Shown here: one piece after another, positions 26,616 through 32,000 of the stretch
Numbering within the stretch: the stretch's first letter is position 1
How the letters are laid out: every line of letters begins with the position of its first letter
NCBI RefSeq assembly: GCF_000012805.1
Contig: NC_007484.1
Location: 1,770,001 to 1,802,000 of the forward strand
Reading direction: 5' to 3'
Source of the DNA: Nitrosococcus oceani ATCC 19707
Lineage (GTDB): Bacteria; Pseudomonadota; Gammaproteobacteria; Nitrosococcales; Nitrosococcaceae
DNA: 32,000 nt
The notes under the pieces: model-generated
Seen by the model: only the letters and a program-made list of their open reading frames with translations
Databases searched by the model: none
What the model was told of the DNA's origin: nothing
Program-made: the position numbers and the translations under genes

Positions 26616-29446
26616 GATAAGAGGTGAGATTTTTCCCTTAATTTCTGGGTAAGTTCCTCAGCAGGAACCGGGTAACTGATGAAGTAACCTTGTGCTTCAT
26701 CAACTTTGATTTCATTCAAAAAGTTTAGTTGCTCCCGCGTTTCTACCCCTTTTGCAATCACTGCACGTTTTAAACTGTGGGCCATCGTGGTCACAGCAGT
26801 GGTGATGGCGGCGTCATCGGGATCAATACTAATACCTTGCACAAAGGAACGATCAATTTTGACCGTGTCTATTGGGAAACGCTTTAAATAAGCCAAGGGG
26901 GAATACCCTGTTCCAAAATCGTCCAAGGATAACCGACACCCCATTTTTTTTAAGGTATTGAGAGTCTTCAGACTAGACTCCATGCGATTTATGAGCATGC
27001 TTTCCGTCAATTCTAATTCCAGGTGATCAGTGGGAAAAGGCGTCTTCTTAAGGATTTCTGATACTCGTTCTGAAAAATCAGTCTGCTCAAGCTGGCGGGC
27101 AGATAAATTAATGGCGATCCGTACAGGATAAGGATTGGATTGATTCCAGATTTTAGCTTGCGTACAAGCCGTTTGTAATACCCACTCTCCAAGGGGAAGA
27201 ATGAGCCCGTTTTCCTCCGCCAAAGGAATAAATGTATTGGGACTGATTAAGCCTAATTCTGGGTCAACCCACCGTATCAATGCTTCCACTGAAACAATGG
27301 CGCCACTTTCCATATTTATAATTGGTTGATAATACAATTGAAATTCCTTGCGGGCAAGGGCTCTTCGGAGGAGATTTTTAAGCGCAAGCTGTTCCGTGGC
27401 GGCGGTGTTGATTTCAGTGGTGAAAAATTGGCAGCAACTTTTACCCCTTTTTTTGGCCTGATACATGGCCGCATCGGCACGTTGCAGGAGCATACTTGCC
27501 TCATGGCCATCTTCCGGATAAAGGCTAACCCCAATACTGGCAGAGACAAACAATTCATTACCCTTAATGTTGAAGGGTTTCTCGCAAGCGCTAATAATTT
27601 TCTGGGTAATAAGGGAAATAGCCGAGGTATCAGTAAAATTTTCGATAATGACCGTGAACTCATCGCCTCCCAGTCTGGCAATGGTATCTTCGGCGCGAAT
27701 ATTGAGCCGCATGCGTTCCGCGACCTGTTTTAAGAGGATATCCCCGATGGGATGACCGAGGGTATCGTTGATAAATTTAAAACGATCAAGATCGATAAAC
27801 AGGACGGCAATCCGATGATGATGGCGCTGGGCATGATGGATGGCATGTTCGAGGCGATCAAGGAAAAGAGAGCGATTTGGTAATCCCGTTAAAGCATCAT
27901 GGTGAGCGAGATAGTAGAGTCGTTGTTCAGTTTGTTTGCGCAGTGTGATATCGGAAAAGATGGCCACAAAATGGGTAATTTCTTCCTTTGAATTTCTAAC
28001 AGCATTGGCCGTCACCCAAAGTGGGTAAATCTCTCCATTTTTTCTCTGACTCCATAGCTCTCCTTGCCATTGGCCAGTGCTTTTAATGGCGTGCCGTACT
28101 CGCTGAAAAGAGATCGGCTTCTCCTGTTTAGTCTGGAGTGTACTAAGATGTCGGCCCATGATTTCCGATCTTGCAATGCCGGTAATGTGAGTAAAAGCTT
28201 CATTCACATCGACGACGTATGCCTTAGTGTCAGTAATAATGACTCCCTCAACGGTGCTTTCAAAGACTTTAGCCGTGAGGCGAAGACGGCTTTCCGCATT
28301 TTTTCGGCGCTGATCGTTATGGTAGGCATCAAGAATGCTTCCACAAGTGGAAAGTAAGGGATTCAGATAATTAATCAAGCTTTTATCATAGGGTTTATCG
28401 CGATTGGCGATGCCAATGATTCCCAACAGGGAATTATGGTGGTAAAAAGGAAGTGCAAGAAAACGCTTTATTTGAGAATCATGGCTTAACATTCCTGCTG
28501 CCCAGGAATCATGACGAATATCGTTGGCAATAATAACCTTGCCCTGGCTCATAGCCCTGTTAAAAAGCGTTTTTAGTTGGAGAATTTCCGCGCCGCTTGT
28601 GGGGCATGTGGCCCGCAGATAACAGCCGTGCTCGCTGCAGGCAACATGGCCGGCGGCAAGTGTCCTAAGATAGGAGTTGCCAGTCTTTGAGTAGCGAATT
28701 TCACCGAGCAAGCCAAATTCGCTTTTTGAAAGCGTGAGCGCCTCTTGCAGGACTTTGCCAAACAGTACCGAAGGGTTGGCATCCTGAATGAAAAGTGACT
28801 GAATTCGCCCAATCGCGTCAAAAAGCTGGAGGTAGGACCGTTCTCTAGCAAGGAGCTGTTTTAGTTGATGCCGGTTTTTTTCCTGGCTTTCGGCGATGTT
28901 TTTCCAGCTTATTGCAGCGCCAAAAATGCTGGCTAATGTTCTAAGCGCATTTTCTTCTGGGGGGAGAAGAGGGCGTTCATAACGAGTATGATCAAAGCCG
29001 ATAAACCCCCACCAGCCATCCCGGACAAAAATAGGTGCCACAGCGATGGATTGGACAGACTGGCATGATAGAAGTGCTCGTTCCGAGAAAGGAAAATCAT
29101 GGATTCGTCCGCAGATAAGTTGATCTGTACTCAGTAAGTTGATCCAACGCTGGAATCCACCTGCCTTATAGGAAAAATTCTGCAGTTCAGGATTATTGAT
29201 TTGAGGTTTGACGCCTGGCGCTGTCCATTCATAACGTTGGCTGGTTAGAAGTTGGTCTTTGTGAGAACGGTTTTCAAAAATGTAGGTTCGGCAGGCGCCT
29301 ACGGTTTGGCCTAACCGTTCTAAAACATTATTGATGTTTTTTTCCCAAGGGGAAGAATATAAAAGCTGCTCGGCGGCATAGGCCATTACCTCTAGGAAGG
29401 TATCATAACGGTGCGCGATCTCTTGCTCCTGTTTTTTACTTGCCAT
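26612..29446 (-). CDS. GAF-GAF-PAS-GGDEF-EAL c-di-GMP signalling protein
   Basis: 944 aa. The GGDEF site is intact (ARLGGDEF) with an RxxD I-site (RAED) five residues upstream. The EAL site is intact ([17 protein letters not shown]). A PAS segment is present ([13 protein letters not shown]...[10 protein letters not shown]). The N-terminal ~380 aa are GAF-like. Confidence 0.9.
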   Translation of the reverse strand: MASKKQEQEIAHRYDTFLEVMAYAAEQLLYSSPWEKNINNVLERLGQTVGACRTYIFENRSHKDQLLTSQRYEWTAPGVKPQINNPELQNFSYKAGGFQRWINLLSTDQLICGRIHDFPFSERALLSCQSVQSIAVAPIFVRDGWWGFIGFDHTRYERPLLPPEENALRTLASIFGAAISWKNIAESQEKNRHQLKQLLARERSYLQLFDAIGRIQSLFIQDANPSVLFGKVLQEALTLSKSEFGLLGEIRYSKTGNSYLRTLAAGHVACSEHGCYLRATCPTSGAEILQLKTLFNRAMSQGKVIIANDIRHDSWAAGMLSHDSQIKRFLALPFYHHNSLLGIIGIANRDKPYDKSLINYLNPLLSTCGSILDAYHNDQRRKNAESRLRLTAKVFESTVEGVIITDTKAYVVDVNEAFTHITGIARSEIMGRHLSTLQTKQEKPISFQRVRHAIKSTGQWQGELWSQRKNGEIYPLWVTANAVRNSKEEITHFVAIFSDITLRKQTEQRLYYLAHHDALTGLPNRSLFLDRLEHAIHHAQRHHHRIAVLFIDLDRFKFINDTLGHPIGDILLKQVAERMRLNIRAEDTIARLGGDEFTVIIENFTDTSAISLITQKIISACEKPFNIKGNELFVSASIGVSLYPEDGHEASMLLQRADAAMYQAKKRGKSCCQFFTTEINTAATEQLALKNLLRRALARKEFQLYYQPIINMESGAIVSVEALIRWVDPELGLISPNTFIPLAEENGLILPLGEWVLQTACTQAKIWNQSNPYPVRIAINLSARQLEQTDFSERVSEILKKTPFPTDHLELELTESMLINRMESSLKTLNTLKKMGCRLSLDDFGTGYSPLAYLKRFPIDTVKIDRSFVQGISIDPDDAAITTAVTTMAHSLKRAVIAKGVETREQLNFLNEIKVDEAQGYFISYPVPAEELTQKLREKSHLLS

Positions 29447-29589
29447 CAGGATTTGCGATTATTATAGACTGTTCCCTCATGCCTCAATAGCGAGGATAGA
29501 GGGTAAGAAGATTTTTCCAATATTTTTTAAAATGTTTGTCCACCGCAGAGTCAAGCCGCGTGAAATTTTATATGGGGGAATTAACAGAA

Positions 29590-31074
29590 CTACAAAGTTT
29601 TTAGATATTCTAAAACCTGGCGCCGCTCTTCTTCTGCTAACTGATCTCCAAACGTATGGCCTCCATTGGCATATCCTCGCAGCGTCGTATCATAGAGGCG
29701 CTTGCGTTGCTCAGCGTCTTTTGCGCCTTCTTTGCCGTAGGTGAGCTCTGTGTAATGCCAGCCCAGGGCTTTATCATTGTAATCCTTGGAATCAAAAGAG
29801 CGGGTCCAATAGGTAGGCCGCAGGTCGCTTTTCAGCAAGGCTTCAATGGTGGGAACGGAACCATTGTGCAGGTAAGGAGCGGTGGCCCAAACTCCATCCA
29901 GGGGCGGGGCAAGATAGCCCCCCGCAGGTAGATTAAAATGGGAATTTTCACCATAAAAAGATTGCGCCAGCCAATGACCGAAACGATCCAGTTGTTTCCC
30001 CATGGTGGATTGGATATATTCTGGGTCCGTGCCAATTTCCTCTAGGGGAATGACCAGGTTAGGGTAACTTTCGTTTTCACCATAGGTGCCATGGCAGCGA
30101 GCACAGTGGGTTTCGAACACGGTTTGGCCCTGTTTAGCCCGTGCCTGGTCAATGGGGAAAGGATAGACAGGGGGTTCAAGAGAAGCAATATAGGCGCGAA
30201 TATCGGGAGCATAGGAGTCAATTACTTTCGCTTCTTCCACTGAGTCCGTGCAGAAGGTAGAGGCCAGAATCATCATCCGGGCATGATCGCCCCGACCCTC
30301 GGCCGAGTAAAACATGGCATGTTTTTTCTCCATCCGCCACCAGGGGGGGACACTTAAGGGGACGGGCTCTTTGGGTGGGGGTTCTATCAGGGGTTCTTGG
30401 GACCAGGCGAGGGTTTCCGGATCCCGGTGGGCAAAAAGGGCCCAGGTCAGGTTAACCGCTGGATTAGCGCCGATGACCTCGGTTTTCATATAGGGGGCAA
30501 TGGCTGCGATTCGATCGGCCCATTTACGCCATGCGGCCGTTTCTTTTTCTCCCTGGACATAAACGCCCATGCGCTCGGCGGAAGCCGCAGGATCGCCGGT
30601 AAAGTCCGCCGCTTCGTTGCCTAGACCCACAATAAGCTCACCATTGAAGACTCCGCCATGACAGGTGAGGCAATTGCCAACCACCAGTTCAGTCCCGTCC
30701 TCTTTTTGGTAGTAGGTTTGGTTGTAGGGCAGTTTGGCATTAGGCTCCTCTCGTCCAGGGAGTGCGTATTCGGGAGGGCGGTCCAGATCGCTTTTCTTAT
30801 AAGCATCATAGGGAATGCCACAGGTCACATAAGCCTTATTGATGATGGCATCGTAGCCCGCTTCCGGATCGCCCTGCCGTTGGGGTTCAGGCGGAACAAA
30901 GCCGGTAGAAGCCGTTTTAATGGTCGAGGATGACTCGGGTTTAGATTCCTCACCTGATCCGCAGGCAGTCAATAAAAAAACCAAACCGACTGTGGCCCAT
31001 GGCCGGTAAATACGATTTTTAAGCTGCACTTGCTTTCCCCCGATGCTGTATGGAAATACATGAGATTTAATCAT
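29590..31074 (-). CDS. Di-haem cytochrome c lipoprotein, CCP/MauG-like
   Basis: 494 aa. It has a lipobox (LLTAC), two CxxCH motifs (CLTCH, CARCH), and a C-terminal GGHTFGDQLAEEERRQVLEYLKTL resembling the end of bacterial di-haem peroxidase family proteins. The subfamily is uncertain. Confidence 0.7.
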   Translation of the reverse strand: MIKSHVFPYSIGGKQVQLKNRIYRPWATVGLVFLLTACGSGEESKPESSSTIKTASTGFVPPEPQRQGDPEAGYDAIINKAYVTCGIPYDAYKKSDLDRPPEYALPGREEPNAKLPYNQTYYQKEDGTELVVGNCLTCHGGVFNGELIVGLGNEAADFTGDPAASAERMGVYVQGEKETAAWRKWADRIAAIAPYMKTEVIGANPAVNLTWALFAHRDPETLAWSQEPLIEPPPKEPVPLSVPPWWRMEKKHAMFYSAEGRGDHARMMILASTFCTDSVEEAKVIDSYAPDIRAYIASLEPPVYPFPIDQARAKQGQTVFETHCARCHGTYGENESYPNLVIPLEEIGTDPEYIQSTMGKQLDRFGHWLAQSFYGENSHFNLPAGGYLAPPLDGVWATAPYLHNGSVPTIEALLKSDLRPTYWTRSFDSKDYNDKALGWHYTELTYGKEGAKDAEQRKRLYDTTLRGYANGGHTFGDQLAEEERRQVLEYLKTL

Positions 31075-31092
31075 AGCAAAAATTTGGCGTTT

Positions 31093-32000
31093 TTATGCTC
31101 CGTAGCCGATCAATTCCACATAACCTTGCCCTTTTATCTTTTTCCCTTTCTCTTGACCTCTGACCTGCACTAACCCGCCCCAGTAGCGGAGTAAAAGATT
31201 GAGTTCCTGATTCGCCACAGCAGGGGTCAGGCGAAGGTCAATACCTTGGGCAGGGAGGTGAAACCGCCAGCGGGCGGGGTATGGGGTCCCATCCTTGGGA
31301 CTTTCCCAGTAGTCTAATATTTCAATGGTGAGCGCTTCGGAGTCGAAGGATTGGATTTTACCTGCTCGATCCACCAAAAATCCGCTATTAATAGGTGTAC
31401 CACTGCCATCCCGCCGACGGAGTCGAAAAATCAGCAGTTCCCGGCCATCATCTAGCTGTAGCAGAAAACGATCCCAAACTACCGGCCCGGCAGGTACGGG
31501 TACCGCTCCCCAAGCCCGATCTAGCCAGGCTAAACCTTTTACGGGGTAGATCTGATTACCTCGCTGGATTGTGCCCTGGGCCCCTAGACGCGTGAATTGA
31601 TAGCTGTAAAAGACACCGGCCTGTCCGGAGGAATCGTTGTTAGGAAGGAGAGGCGGTTTAAGGTTGCGTAAAGTCAAGTCGATACTCGCGCCATCGGCGG
31701 TCGCCCGCAGGCGGAAATTGGCGTTTTCTTCTCCCAGAGCCTGGATGCGCCAATTTTCTACCCATACCTGGGTAGGCGAGGAGTCAGCTCCGCTCAGCCC
31801 TAGGGCAGCCCGGCTGAAACGCTCAAAGGCGCGAAAACGCCCTTGATTGACGTCGGTCAGGGCAAAATGGCCACGATAAATCTCCTTGGCCCCCCAAGCT
31901 GAAGGACGAGGGGGCGCTTCCGGAGGCTTCAGGCCCACCCGGAAAAAACTGAGCTGGAAGCCAAAATGCGCTTCCTGTTCCGAGGCCAGATGACCCGTGA
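31093..32000 (-). CDS. AttH/CrtC-like lipocalin-domain protein (hydroxyneurosporene-synthase-like), 5' end outside the window
   Basis: The frame stays open upstream of the track's GTG 31938 to the window edge (...TGHLASEQEAHFGFQLSFFRVGLKPP...). The motifs GFQLSFFR, YRGHFALTD and WLDRAWG are typical of this family. Confidence 0.7.
   Translation of the reverse strand, partial: TGHLASEQEAHFGFQLSFFRVGLKPPEAPPRPSAWGAKEIYRGHFALTDVNQGRFRAFERFSRAALGLSGADSSPTQVWVENWRIQALGEENANFRLRATADGASIDLTLRNLKPPLLPNNDSSGQAGVFYSYQFTRLGAQGTIQRGNQIYPVKGLAWLDRAWGAVPVPAGPVVWDRFLLQLDDGRELLIFRLRRRDGSGTPINSGFLVDRAGKIQSFDSEALTIEILDYWESPKDGTPYPARWRFHLPAQGIDLRLTPAVANQELNLLLRYWGGLVQVRGQEKGKKIKGQGYVELIGYGA

Noticed and set aside
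1-32000. Search for tRNA, rRNA, tmRNA, integron attC sites, retron/DGR reverse transcriptases, and toxin-antitoxin pairs other than the RHH ORF
   Set aside because: Reading both strands of the intergenic regions, I saw no T-loop/acceptor-like motifs, rRNA-like segments or reverse-transcriptase ORFs. This was by eye only and was not exhaustive. tRNAscan-SE and Infernal would be decisive.

Overview
This window looks like a gammaproteobacterial chromosome. The gene content and sequence style remind me of Nitrosococcus-like genomes, but I could not verify that. About 85% is ordinary core genes:
- Nitrogen and redox metabolism: glutamate synthase gltB-gltD, gshA and gor.
- RNA modification: ttcA and rlmM.
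- Transport: a sodium:solute symporter.
- Signalling: a 1222-aa CheB-CheR-PAS-histidine kinase-receiver fusion, a 944-aa GAF-PAS-GGDEF-EAL protein and two STAS proteins.
- Other: a YbhB/PEBP protein, a di-haem cytochrome c lipoprotein next to an AttH/CrtC-like gene, and a three-gene membrane stress-like cluster.

The accessory content is concentrated in three places:
1. 2.7-5.4 kb holds a decayed ~0.88-kb IS630-family element. It is inserted between two copies of a 28-bp repeat.
2. Immediately next to it is a ~1.5-kb IS200/IS605-type element. It carries an apparently intact tnpB and no tnpA. In the tnpA position, on the opposite strand, is a 55-aa ribbon-helix-helix ORF that is too short for the supplied ORF track.
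3. A second, apparently intact IS630-family element at 7486-8387 splits rlmM at a TA target.

A 174-bp cargo-less derivative of the tnpB element (left end plus right end only) sits at 10788-10961, just upstream of the symporter gene.

The most interesting candidate is the RHH-tnpB mobile unit and its miniature, omega-RNA-like derivative. I found no rRNA, tRNA or convincing CRISPR array. All family assignments come from motif recognition by eye; no searches were run.
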